Assembly (NCBI RefSeq): GCF_001194135.2
Contig: NC_068994.1
Span: forward strand, 37,805,408 to 37,869,407
DNA length: 64,000 bases
Source: Octopus bimaculoides
Lineage: Eukaryota
Direction: 5' to 3'
A model generated the notes under the pieces. The model worked only from the letters and a program-made list of their open reading frames with translations. It was not told the DNA's origin and searched no databases. The first letter of the stretch is position 1; every line of letters begins with the position of its first letter. Of the stretch, positions 12,776-26,540 are shown piece by piece. A program made the position numbers and the translations under genes.

Positions 12776-14539
12776 CACAGTCCTACCGTGGAGCCTCTGG
12801 GTGATGGAGTTTGGATCTCACGGAATAAATCCACTCAATACCAGAATCCGGACAAGGATTCTGGATTATTTCTTATATTCACTTTACTTAATTCTTGATA
12901 GCGGTTGGGTTCATTTTTAGTATTTTCGTTTGTGAGAGCAGTCAAATTTATTTCAGATATTCTCATTTAAAAAATCATCTCTGGACGTTGGTGTTGCTTT
13001 GGTGGAGATTTGTACTCTCTGAGTGCTCTTGTTATTATTTCTATCACTTTATAACAGCGAAAGGCAATGCTTGTGTCAACAGTACGGCCTTTCCTCGAGA
13101 ACCTTGAAAATTAGTGGGATTGCAGGAGGAGGAAAGATATGCTTATACTGGAAACCTGACAAAGGCAAGATTGCGAGCAACAAGAGTAAGTTTGCTACCG
13201 AAGAAGGCCACAGAAGGAATTGAACTTGGATTACAAATCCCATCGAATGTTCTAATGATTCAGTCAGTCCACTGCCCTAAATTGATATTTGGTTTTGTTG
13301 ACTCCAGATGGATGAAAGGAAAAATTGACATTTGTGGGATTTGAACATAGTTTGCAATTAGTTAGAATAAAATAAATACTGCTTAGCATTATGTCTGATA
13401 CTCTAATAACTCAGCCAGTTCACAGGTTAGATTTAGCTAGATTTATGCATCAATTTCATGTTTAGCTCCCTTTTCATTCAGAGTGAATCTTGATTGATTA
13501 TAGTTTCAATACTCACCACATTAAATGTGTTAGTACTTACTGTATGAAGTAACATTACCATCATTCAACGTCCATTTTTCCATGTAAGCATGAGTCAGAT
13601 GGAATTTGTTGGAGCAGATTTTTTACAGCAGGATGCCCTTCTTATTACCAACTCTCACCTGTTTCTAAGCAAGGTAATATTTCACCATGGCCAGACTTTT
13701 ATTTTGCAGAAGACTAAAAAGGAACAACCTTGTTTGTATGATGGTGATGCTCATTTACAACTATCACATGATGTCTAGGCAAGTGTATATGCACACATGT
13801 ACATACACACACACATACACTAAATCTACTCATACACACACCACACATTCACACACACACATATATATGCATACATATATATCTATGCATACAAACACAC
13901 ACACACTCACACATATGTATGTACGCACGTATTTATACAGTGAGCTTGTTTCATTTTTCCATATATTAGATATATTAGCAAGGCTTTGGTCATCATGGAG
14001 CTATAGCAGAAGACACTTCCCAAAGGTGCCATGCTGTGGGACTGAACCTAAGATCACATGGTTTGGAAGCTTCTTCTAAACTGCACAGCCATACCTGCAC
14101 CTATTTCTAAAGCAAATCCTTATACACAGACTTCTCAACAATACACCACAAAATATTAGTTTAGAATCCATAAGAAGTTTAATACTAAAATTCTCCATAA
14201 ATCAGCATGCTGCAACAGAAAATCGTGCTAGATATCATGAATAAAACCATAAAGCTTATCTTTGAAAGACAGGCCACAGGCAATATGTGACTGTTGAAAC
14301 TTTGTTAGTTATAGACTCATTCATATGTTAGATGTCAATTGGCCAAGCAGAATTTATTATTGGACAGTCTGAAATAAGAACACTGGCTAAGCTAGCTCCA
14401 AGCTAGGAAGAGGAAGACAGTCAGATGATTCTAAACCAAATCTTGAGTATGGAGTGCTTGATGCACTAAAAAAATTGCCATCATCATCATCATCATTGTC
14501 ATCATCATTATTGTTGTCGTCATCATAGTTGTCATCGCT

Positions 14540-14800
14540 GTCACTTTAACAAGAGCTTTTGAATGCAGTTATGATTGGACAAACTCCACTCAACCCCAAA
14601 TTGCTACACTCAGCATGCTCCTTCACCATCTTCTTTGTGATATTCAACATCCTGAAAAAAAACTTTAGCACTTCTACCCACATTTTCTTTGGTCTCCTTC
14701 TTACACAGCAGTTGCCTTCCAGGTACATCATCTGACACTTCATCATTCAACTATTGCTGGTAATACTCATCATATATCCATACTAGTGCAGCCTTCATTT
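14540..14800 (-). mobile_element. RTE-clade LINE 3' end
   Basis: ORF 14546..14746 LEGNCCVRRRPKKMWVEVLK resembles the RTE C-terminal G.RP.K.W motif. Followed by a (GAT)n tail at 14478-14520. Confidence 0.6.
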
Positions 14801-14956
14801 AGAGAAAGAAACCCTTTCTTTACAATTGAAGAAAATCCTGAAGCTTTCTTATTCCATTGTTAATCTGGCACATATTTTAGAAAATTGTTTGATTGCTATA
14901 TATATATATATATATATAAAGAGAAAGAGAGAAGCAGACAGACAGAAAGTTGGAGA

Positions 14957-14974
14957 GATAGATAGATAGATACA

Positions 14975-15047
<73 letters not shown>

Positions 15048-15060
15048 CTCTATCTATCTA

Positions 15061-15100
<40 letters not shown>
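14957..15100. repeat. (TAGA)n/(TCTA)n and (TA)n compound microsatellite; (TCTA)n also at 56965-57045 and 60780-60835
   Basis: Direct reading. Confidence 0.9.
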
Positions 15101-15109
<9 letters not shown>

Positions 15110-16236
15110 ATGTATATATATATATATATGTATATGTAGGTTCTTCCTCTGAGGAAGGAGCTGGTTTCTAACAGATACAAAGCTTCATCGTTGGAAAGTA
15201 GATAACAAAAACAATGTCTCATTTTAAAGTTGAGAAAAGTCTTGCATGTTTTTAATGTTCCACTTACAGATTGTATTTGTAATGTGTGAGCTAGTTGATT
15301 TCTTTTTCTGAGAACCCTACCTTATTCAAATTATTGTGTGTGTGTGTGGGTGTGTGTGTGTGTGTGTATGTGTGTGTGTGTGTGTAGGCAATGTATTGTT
15401 TGAATGAAATTTTTGTGATATAGCTGTTAAAATTGTTTTAAAACCTAATACAATGTAAGTTGAAACTAAAGTAAATGCAGAAATAAAGAAGGCAAAACAG
15501 TTTATACTTTACATCATAGTTTGAGATTTCGATGTTAAAACACTTCTTTCACAAAAAAATTTGCTCAGATATATGGGAGGCAAGCTTGTGTTATGTGCCT
15601 ACTGGTATTGTTATAACAGCCAGTCATCTTTGTGCCATTCATATCAATTATTGATAGCTGAATTTCACTTATTAATGAAGATATTCTTCTTAATCCTGAA
15701 ATTACCAATATTCAGCTCTGTTGCTTTGACAGTAACATTTAAGTGTTGTGTATGGCATTTCTCCAGGTGTTTTTTAACTACGGTCTTTATATGGACATAT
15801 TCCTTAATGTGAATATGCAACTTGCCAATATAGTCTTTCTGATGTAGGAGTTGCTATTTTTATTGCAGACAACTTAATATACTACACAGGCCTTGAAACT
15901 CATACCCCTATTATTGATAGGGTATGAGTTTAAAGTTGGCTAGCATGAACATTTCATTTCTCTTCATTGGACAATTCCCTGGCAGGAATTTCTTCAAGGA
16001 GGGACTGGTGTGTACCATCTTTATGTCGAATTATGTGTCGGAGGACCGAACTTACATATATATATATATCAGACAATTAGGGCTGGTGAGCAGAACATAA
16101 GGGAAATATCCAAGGGATCTTAAGTGGATTCATAGAGGATAGTGTTAAATATATAGTAGCCAATACAACAGCATAAACACAGACACATATGCACACACAC
16201 ACATACACACACACTCACACACACACACACGTATAT

Positions 16237-16370
16237 ACAAGGGTGCTGAAAAGTTCCTAGCTCTGGATAAAAGAAAATACAGGAGGATCAGTTAATTATG
16301 ATATTCAACATATTCCCCTCTCAGATTCACACATTATTACAGCAGTCCTTCAATTTTTCTAAGCTCTGTG
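16237..16370 (-). mobile_element. Partial copy of the same mariner MITE
   Basis: aagggtgctgaaaagttcctagctctggataaaagaaaatacaggaggatcagttaattatg...cccctctcagattcacac matches 63252-63350. Confidence 0.75.
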
Positions 16371-18997
16371 AGTAAACCAACTACAAGCTTCCATATTGTT
16401 TCTGGCTACTAAATTTTTATTTAAAAAGCTTAGTGGTGTAGCTTAAGAGTGTGCACTTGAAGCAGCTCTTGACTTTTTCTCCATTCCTATATTGACTTAT
16501 GCAGCAGACCCCAAAATACTAGCCCACCCCATAAAAACGTTCCCCTATGGTGAACCACCCTCCCAACTCTGCCACCCCAGCTACACTACTAGCAAAACTT
16601 TGGTCAAAACAATGCTATTTTAAAAACAGTTTCCCAAGTGATAAAGAGTGAGACTGAACATAAAACAACAGAATCGTGAAATAAACTTCTTAACTGCACA
16701 GCCAATTCTGATATTGTTGTTTTGTTTCTTTCCAATTAAACCCTGAGAAAATAGACTTATGATTCAAAGACTCCCTAATCATGACCATCCATGTCTTCAG
16801 GAGTATCTGGCACTCACATTTCTTAAGAATGTAGAGTGTAATTTGTGGGAGATTTGAAGGTTGTAATCCCTAATAGTCTTAAGGTCTCCTTAAAGGCTGA
16901 TGTGAATGTATATTTTGTGTATAATAGGTATATCATGCAAAGGATCTGTCAGTGTGATTGGCAAGGTGATGGAAGATAGAGAGAGAGGGAGAGGGAGAGA
17001 GAAAAGGGAGGGATGTTTTCTGTTTGTATTAATGTCTGTTTATGATAGAATAGTAAATAAATGAATAAAACAAAGATAACAAATTAACAAAACAACATTA
17101 AAAAAACAAGAGAATATGTATTAGATGCAACAAACAAACACATATAATAGTTGACAGCAAATGATGACTCATTGACAACTGAAGAAGAGAAAAACTTAAG
17201 AAAAATGTAATGGACGGATAACATTCTATAGAACTAATAACAGCTATTAAACAAAAACAACAGCAACATTGACAGCAATAACATGAATAACAAATGGCAT
17301 AACAAAGTGATGGCCGATTGTCGGTCGATTTCATGTATAAAAAATTATAAGTTTATTTAAGATAGTTTCTTTATTAAAATAAAATGTACATCAATACAAT
17401 TATTCGTTTATCTTAGAAATATAGAAAAAAATTTTTTTTTAAAAGTCATAAAAAATTTCCATAGCAATAACAACAGCACAATTCATTGAGATATGTAAAA
17501 TAACAGTCTTAAGAATAGAAATGAAAGCAAGAGATTTTTTAAATGCTTAAAGAATGTTTGGTCTTTTTTATATGTAAATATTGTCAGTATGCTTCTGTGT
17601 GCATGTATGCTTGTGTGAGATGCACACATGCATGCACATACATATTTATGTACATATATATGTATATATATGCATGTATATATATGCATATACATGTGCA
17701 TATATATATGTATGTCCATATATAAATATGTGTGTGTGTATGTGTGTGTTAAAGAAAAACATAAAAAAAGCTTGTTTTCTATGTATGTTGAAATATTCAA
17801 AGAAATCTATAAAATACATTAGTCAGAGAGGTATGGTAAGTACAGATGCCATACAAGATAGCTACTCAGTTATTTCATTAGAAAAATGCTTATTTATACT
17901 ATACTTAAACTATCCATTTAATGAATAATAAAAATGAACTTAGGGAAACAACTTAGAAGACCAATGACATAAATTTAAATAAATTTGTTAATGGATTATG
18001 GATTGAAATATGTTTAGAAAAATTTCTGAATTATTTGAAATTTCTGTTTTATGAAGAAAAAGAAAAGTGAAAATAATTTGGAAAAATTAGAAATTAATTT
18101 TGCATAAATAATTTACATGCAAGATGAACCACATCTTTGCTTGCTGACAAGGGGCAGTAATAGACATATTTTGGTCTTATAGAACATCAACATATATTAA
18201 TCAATTCAAGCCTGTTTTGATCTTTCGACTGTAGTTTTTGCATTACCCCTAAAATTATTTACATAATTTCATGCTATTAATTCATTAGTGATATTTCTTT
18301 TAATTCCATTTGATTTTTTATAAGTCTTTTTCTAAATGTAAAACTACTGTCAACTCATCAAAGCAGGTCTGGGCAGAATATACTATGTTGCCAAGGTTCA
18401 ATAAGCCTAAAACATGCTCATAGCTACCTAATTTACTGCAAAGGTAAAAGGATCAAATTTTTTTCCCCTAAACATGGGAAGAAATTTTGTGAAATTAATC
18501 CTTAATTTCTTAAAATTATTTCTCCTTTTCTTCCAGAGTTCCTTGCAATTACTGCCAAACTTTTGCTTCTGAACAAAGAAGGAAATTTTGATTATTTGAG
18601 AATATTTTGTTATGAAGTCATTCAGTGCATTTACCTTTAACTTATTTATCAATTAAATCAGCTGATAGAAAATTGATTTTGTAATTAAACAAAGATTTAA
18701 TGTCTAATGATTGCCAATAATAATGAATTGTACATGGAAATCTTTTATGAAATTAGATCATGTTCTTGATTTTGTACACATATGTGAATAAGCTTTACTA
18801 TATACAAAATGTATTATCTTTATGTATATGTATGTATATATATATATATGTGTGTGTGTGTATGTGTGTGTGTGCATGTGTGTGTGTGTTTGATGTATGT
18901 ATGTAGGGAGAGAGAGGGGGAGATCTATCCATAAAAATATATACATATTTACAAGTATGTACATATATAAAAAAGATCAACCCATATATATACATAT

Positions 18998-19062
<65 letters not shown>

Positions 19063-20497
19063 CATATACACACACAATATATATATACAGTATGCATATA
19101 AACATATACCAAATAACTTTGAATTAAATAGCAATCTCCTTGAGAGAACCATGTAAGAAAGTGAAAACATTTTGCCTAGATAACAATCGAATTTATAGAA
19201 CATAGATTGCTCTAAGTGTCAAGGATGTCGATCTAGGCTAAAATGATGGCATCAGCCATGAAATATCCAAAGAAGGCTTGATAGAAATAGACTCATGTAT
19301 TTCATTTGAAAGCGTTTCTATTCCTGCAGAAATCTGGCTGGAAATGGTACAAACCACTCACTTAAATTAAACTGTCATGTTCTAGATATCATTCTGAGAG
19401 AGCATGTACTTTCTGATTGTATGTATGCATTAATGTGAGAGACTGCAAACTATAACACTGAAAGTATATATCTGTATACACATATATTTATTATATAGTG
19501 CTCAAACAACAATTAGCTTTAGTCTAAAAAAAAAATTCAATGATGTATGTCATTTATAGATCGGAACAGCATGAATCTTGGCAACAGTATCAAGTCCATT
19601 GGACTCCTCCTACGTATTAATGTTCATATCAAATCTGAAGCTGTCCTTTACTTGAACCACAGTTCATTTCTCAACTGTCCAGTTATTGCTTGCAAATGGA
19701 GTCACATATTTCTAGCTAACAAAAATGGAGGTAAGTGTGGTCATATGCTGCCAAAGCCCATCTGTGAGTAAGATAAATGAGAATGGTGTATTCTAAGATG
19801 CTGTTACACACACCACACCATTATTGTATTACACCATTATTTCTTGGTGTATTGTCCGTTTTTAGAGGGAATATTTCTCAGCAGAACTTCTTTTATTTGT
19901 AGCATGAAGATAACCATTGACATTTTTGGCATTATTTTCTATATTTATTTGGAAATCCTAGACGTCCCTTTCAATGAAATGTTCATGATAAAAACTATTA
20001 TAAGGGAACTGGAATTCATCAAACGTATGTACATATACTCACACACACGCACACACACACACAAACACACACATATGCAAACACAGACAAATATTGCATA
20101 CATACCACTCATATAAAAGTATATATACTTATGAGTGACTCTGTGTGTATGTGTATATATACATGTGTGCATACACACACACACACATATATATGTATAT
20201 ATATAAAAACCCATATAAGCACACATATACATATTTATATATAGGTGTGTCTATATATATAACTCTTGAACACCTACATACAGATAGCTTATATTCAAGT
20301 ACAATTCTGTAGATATTCATTAAACAGCATCATACCAATACTCATGCATATGTACGTGTGTGTGTGTCTCTGTGCATGTGTGTGCATGCATGTGGGTGTG
20401 TGCATGCGTGGGTGCTTGAGTGTGTGTGTGCATATCTGTGTATATATCTATGTACATATATATACACACATACACAATAAATACATACATATATATA

Positions 20498-20569
<72 letters not shown>

Positions 20570-21099
20570 TACACACAAACACACATGCACACACGCACAC
20601 ACACACACATACACGTACACACACAGACACAGACACAGACACACACGCACGCACATACACATACTTATATATTTCTGAAATACACTCCTTTTGCTTTTGA
20701 GAAATATTTATTTTCTCATAGCTCTTATTCAGTGTTTCACATGCTAATTCCAGAGTAAATAGAGAACTACATAGATATAAAGAACAGGCTTACAAAATGT
20801 CTATATTCGAATTTGTAGAGATTTCACCTTGCTTTCAAATGTAGCTCAGTTAGCTCATGTGTGTGTGCCTGTGTGTGTGTGTGTGTGTGTGTATACATAT
20901 ATATATATGTTGTTGGATTGTATTAATGCAATAATGTGTATAATATATGAAGCATACAATAATTACCAGCTGATATTGATGCGCTAAAACAATTGTAGGA
21001 ATTTGTAATAATGCCTCTTCATGCCATCTTCTCAGATTAAAATTATCTTGCACTTATCTATTTATCTATTTATATATATATATATATATGTATATATAG

Positions 21100-21138
<39 letters not shown>

Positions 21139-21981
21139 AATATATATATACATATATAAATATATATATACATATATATATATGTATATATTTATATGTA
21201 TATATTTATATGTATATATATATANNNNNNNNNNNNNNNNNNNNNNNNNNNNNNNNNNNNNNNNNNNNNNNNNNNNNNNNNNNNNNNNNNNNNNNGTTTG
21301 CTTTTAGAAGCGTTGAGATGTCTTAGAAAGTTAAAGAAGTGATTTTTTTTTTAAATTCTCAAATGCAGGATAAGGCTAATAATATAGCCTGAACAGGATA
21401 AACTACCCCTATTTTGCAGAAAAAAGTGTTGGCGGCCGGCTATGAGACTCAAACTCACACCTCCGTGATTATGTTTATGTGTGCGTATATATATATATAT
21501 CCTTTATTTATGAATTAACAATGCTACCAATGGTTACATGTACATTTTTGCCATTTTCGAGCATTACACTTAAGTATGTTGGTAAGCCATTTTCATGTTT
21601 GATGAAGCCTCTGTAAAGTCTCATATAATCATATGTAGCTTTATCCAACATAGTAACGGGTTACATTCTCAAGTGTAATGGTTGAAAATGGCGAAGGTTT
21701 TGCATGGAGTCATTGGTAGCATTGTCAATCCAAAAATAAAGAACATTTTTATTTATTCATCAAAAGCAGTATTAAGCATTCTTTCTTACAGTTAGCCACT
21801 ATCATATATGTATATATATCATCATCATCATCATCATCATCATCGTTTAACGTTCGCTTTCCACGCTAGCATGGGTTGGACGATTTGACTGAGGACTGGT
21901 GAAACCGGATGGCAACACCAGGCTCCAATCTAATTTGGCAGAGTTTCTACAGCTGGATGCCCTTCCTAACGCCAACCACTC

Positions 21982-22028
<47 letters not shown>

Positions 22029-22314
22029 CGTGGATATCAGCAAGGAGAGTACAGTGAAATTGCCATGGGGAGTGGAAAATTCACTGTTTGACAAAGAGGT
22101 GCATCCGGCATCAAAGTAAGAGAGTTGGCAGCTGGAGTAAATATTAAATGGATTCATAAGGTTTATATGGTTTATATGGAGGAATAAAAACAATGCATGG
22201 CTGATTGGTTGGTTAGTTGGTTTGTGGTGAAGATGGTGAAATAGGAGGGAAATTGAGAAGTGTACATATAAACAATCCTTAGTTGCCCATGGCCTTATCA
22301 ACTATATACCTTCA

Positions 22315-22358
<44 letters not shown>

Positions 22359-22895
22359 TCACACACACACAATACCTATTCAAACACCAACATAGTTTAC
22401 TGCATGATCAACATATGTTGGTGACAATTTGATGTTGTTGCAATCACCTTACAAACTAATATTTGGAACATACATTAAAAAGAAATTTTGATGGAAGGTT
22501 TTAAATCATATCACTTTTAACGTGAAATTTTGTATCCAAGAACCAGGAGTGGTTTTAAACAAGTTGACAAAAGTGTTGGGATCTACACCCATATTGAATA
22601 CTTTATCAGCTCACGTTACCAGGTGTTTCATGATTTCTTATCACTATACACTTCAAGTACATGCTATACCTTGGTTGATTATCTCTTATAGTTCCACCAG
22701 CTGCATTATGGTTTTTCAATCTATATCTATTTTATTTTTCTTTGCTCTAGATTCTTCTATTGAGCCATTTGTAGATTTTGCATTGAATAATCACTTTTGT
22801 ATGTGATGAATTTATGCGTATGTATGCATACATATCTAATATGTGTATATATGCATGTGTGTGTACATACATATATATTGACATATATGTATGTG

Positions 22896-22926
<31 letters not shown>

Positions 22927-22952
22927 ATGTAGAGACACACACAAACACACAG

Positions 22953-22986
<34 letters not shown>

Positions 22987-23319
22987 ACAAATTAGTAAGC
23001 AGTAAAAAAAAAAAATCACATTAAAAGATATCAAATGAGCATTTGTGAGGTATTAAAGTTTAGGATGTAAAAATATTTCTTTGTGTGTATGTGTGCGCGC
23101 GTGCGTGTATGTGTATGATCATATGTAATGTAAAAACTTATTGGTGTAATATAATGAACAATGATGATTAGGAGTAGGTAACTGAGATAAGGATGACACA
23201 CTCACTTACCTTCAGGGAAAAATCAAATCAAAGAACACCTCCTAATCCAAATAATTCATCATTTTTTCATATGTACATTTATGTACACACCCATATGTAT
23301 GTATGTATGTGTGTGTGTG

Positions 23320-23368
<49 letters not shown>

Positions 23369-23446
23369 NNNNNNNNNNNNNNNNNNNNNNNNNNNNNNNN
23401 NNNNNNNNNNNNNNNNNNNNNNNNNNNNNNNNNNNNNNNNNNNNNN

Positions 23447-23481
<35 letters not shown>

Positions 23482-23715
23482 TCGATATATATATATAGAT
23501 ATATATATATATGCATATATATGTAAGTGTGTGTGTGTGTATGCATACTGGTGTGAATACGTTTACATTTTCGTATGTGTATGTGAGTTAAATATGTGTG
23601 TAAATGTGATGAAAAGAATCCAAAATCTTAGATTAATTACAATATGCGTGTAAAGTATGCAACTTTGTTTATAGATATGAGCTGACATATGTATATATAG
23701 ATGTATATATATATA

Positions 23716-23729
23716 AGATCGGAAGAGCG
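23716..23729 (+). other. Illumina adapter remnant (assembly artefact)
   Basis: AGATCGGAAGAGCG, the Illumina adapter read-through prefix, sits immediately before an N gap. Confidence 0.9.
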
Positions 23730-24349
23730 NNNNNNNNNNNNNNNNNNNNNNNNNNNNNNNNNNNNNNNNNNNNNNNNNNNNNNNNNNNNNNNNNNNNNNN
23801 NNNNNNNNNNNNNNNNNNNNNNNNNNNNNNNNNNNNNNNNNNTATATATATACATACGTATATACATGCATATATATATATAATATATATGTGTGCGAGT
23901 GTATAAGTGTACAAACACACAGTCCCACACAAGTATAAATGCAGTTATATTCCTATCTGTAGAAATGTTTCAATACATAAGTATTTATATATGAATGAAT
24001 ATCTGCATTTATGCATATTTCCTTTGTTAACACTTCTGTATTTTCTCAAACATATTTATTCATAAATATACATCTCTTATTTTTATATATGTACACACAT
24101 AGCAAGTGCATTATGCTTGTGAACAATATACATACATAGTATATATACATACATATATATATATGTATATATGTATATATGTATATATATATCTGTGTGT
24201 ATATTGTAAATAAATTGTAGCTGTCTTTCACCATTAATTGTCTCTGCTTTTCATAGTTTACTCACAGCTATTATCATATATATGTGGGTACACATATATA
24301 ATATGAACGTAAACTTTTGTGTCTATCCAAGAGAAAAAAAAAATTCATT

Positions 24350-24618
24350 TCAGGTTGGTGAATAAGGTAATTTTGGTAATGCAGGTAATGGTTTGATATA
24401 AGAAGTGAAACTGTTCTTTGTTGGTAAATTCCATGGTTGGGATGATATAGAACTTGTTCCTGTTACTCTGATGGACTTTAGATCAATTACATCATTGCAT
24501 GTAGTATTCTGACCAATTTTAGCTGGGTAACAGACCTTGACATTTATGTCAGAATCCCTGGGAAGACTAGATGTCTTGTTTGAGTTCTGTGGTTGTTCAA
24601 TTTGGCATAATTTGCGAC
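24350..24618 (-). CDS. Protocadherin terminal coding exon 3 (G-RKLCQIEQPQNSNKTSSLPRDSDINVKVCYPAKIGQNTTCNDVIDLKSIRVTGTSSISSQPWNLPTKNSFTSYIKPLPALPKLPYSPT*)
   Basis: Not in the ORF track. Acceptor attttcttcag|GT (AG at 24620-24619). Phase-1 frame is open for 88 codons to TGA at 24352-24350; phase 0 stops after 24 codons. Ser/Thr/Pro-rich tail. Candidate AATAAA at 24060-24055. Confidence 0.88.
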
Positions 24619-24841
24619 CTGAAGAAAATGAGCTCTCTATAAGACACTTTCAGAGAAAAAAAAATGAATAAAAAAATAACAGTCTACTTTCTATGTAATT
24701 ATTGCATAACAAATGGCCACATATATTCAACAAAGTACTGACAATCTAAATGTAAAGATGTGCTTTTAAAATTAAATTAACTTTTGCTTAAAACTAAACA
24801 GGAAAAATTTGCATAAATGAATTTCAATATATTCATTAAAT

Positions 24842-24856
24842 TTATTATTATTATTA

Positions 24857-24920
<64 letters not shown>

Positions 24921-24951
24921 CGATGCTAATGTAGCATTACTATTATTATTA

Positions 24952-25004
<53 letters not shown>

Positions 25005-25015
25005 GTTGTTGTTGT
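24842..25015. repeat. (ATT)n microsatellite inside the 779-bp intron 2; long (AAT)n also at 25775-25920, 28211-28339, 46800-46850
   Basis: Direct reading. Confidence 0.95.
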
Positions 25016-25397
25016 TGTAAATGTTGTTACAAATATTAATGAAATATGAATATTGCATATTTTGGAATGCAAATTTATGTAATATTAATGTTTTATTCAT
25101 GTCATTTCTTGATTGATAATAAACAAAATATTTTACATTTCTAAATAACACACACACAAAAAGAAAAAAAAAAAAAATGAAAAGAAGATGCTTTAGTTTA
25201 TTTTAATTAAAAATTTCAATTTATCAAATTTTTATTTCAAGATATAATGAATTAAATAGTAGAAAGTTTATTTTCCTATTAAATATTTGGCTTCAGAAAA
25301 TTTATATCTTTCTTTTTTTTTTTTTCTATGTAATTTTTAAGTTATGTTATTATTTTAATGAAAACATATCTGAGTAAATATCTCTTTTATTACATAC

Positions 25398-25542
25398 CTA
25401 ATAATTCTTGATAAAGTTGAGCGTTTCCCTCTTTCTGGCCTTGTCCTTTATCAATATGAGAAGACATAGATTTTCGACAGAAATCATCTGAACTTGCAAT
25501 CATATGTCCTTCTCTACCAATGTTAGAAGCCACAGTTGCCGC
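25398..25542 (-). CDS. Protocadherin coding exon 2 (145 nt; AATVASNIGREGHMIASSDDFCRKSMSSHIDKGQGQKEGNAQLYQELL-G)
   Basis: Not in the ORF track; translated by hand. Acceptor cttcttacag|GCG (AG at 25544-25543), donor TAG|GTATGT (GT at 25397-25396). Open in phase 0 at the start (matches exon 1) and ends in phase 1 (matches exon 3). Confidence 0.88.
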
Positions 25543-25777
25543 CTGTAAGAAGTGGGCAAGAGATAGCAATATGGAGCCATAAAAAATTCTTTATATATAT
25601 GTTCAGCTATAATTTTAACAGCATCCAGTATAATAACCATTCACTGTATTTAATTGATTAATAACTTAAAAAGAAAGAAAACAAAAACAATTATTATTCT
25701 ATGGAAATAATAATAATAACAATTATAAAATAAGCTAATAGTAGTAGTAGTAGTAACCATAATCAATGATGATGATC

Positions 25778-25848
<71 letters not shown>

Positions 25849-26141
25849 AATAATGATAATATTAATAATAATAATAATAATAATTATACTAATAATAATA
25901 ATTATAATAATAATAATAACAACTCTTTTACTCTTTTCTCTTTTCTTGTTTCAGTCATTTGACTGTGGCCATGCTGGAGCACCGCCTTTAGTCGAGCAAA
26001 TCGACCCCAGGACTTATTCTTTGTAAGCCTAGTACTTATTCTATCAGTCTCTTTTGCCAAACCACTAAGTTACGGGGACGTAAACGCACCGCCATTGGTT
26101 GTCAAGCGATGTTGGGGGGACAAACATATACACACACACAA

Positions 26142-26175
<34 letters not shown>

Positions 26176-26503
26176 GTAATAGCCATGTTTTGAGAAGAAT
26201 TTGGGGGGTTTTGAATAATTCGCCTCTGGTAATATGGGTGGTTCATTCATAATCTTCAAACAACTCTCATTCAGATATCTTTTGAGCAGGGTGGGCTACT
26301 CAACCTGGAGAAAATTCTAATTGGGCCCCACCTGCAAAATCATGCGCGGCTTATCTTGATTCAAGGTCACCATGTTGAGCACATGTGGTTGTGATGCATG
26401 TGCCTGGTGTACCCTTAGCAGATGGGTAGTCATGATGGGTATATTGGGCTTTGTATATTTGTACCCCAGTGCTACTTTGATGGCATGCATTACTCTCTCA
26501 CTC

Positions 26504-26536
<33 letters not shown>

Positions 26537-26540
<4 letters not shown>

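Noticed and set aside
16431-16591. Small DNA transposon with short TIRs (tagtggtgtagct / agctacactacta)
   Set aside because: The TIR is only 13 bp with a mismatch, no target-site duplication was found, and there is a single copy in the window.
18635-18661. 27-nt minus-strand micro-exon (ttttctatcag|...AAG|GTAAAT)
   Set aside because: There are stops in all three frames. At best it is non-coding, and such matches are expected by chance in AT-rich DNA.
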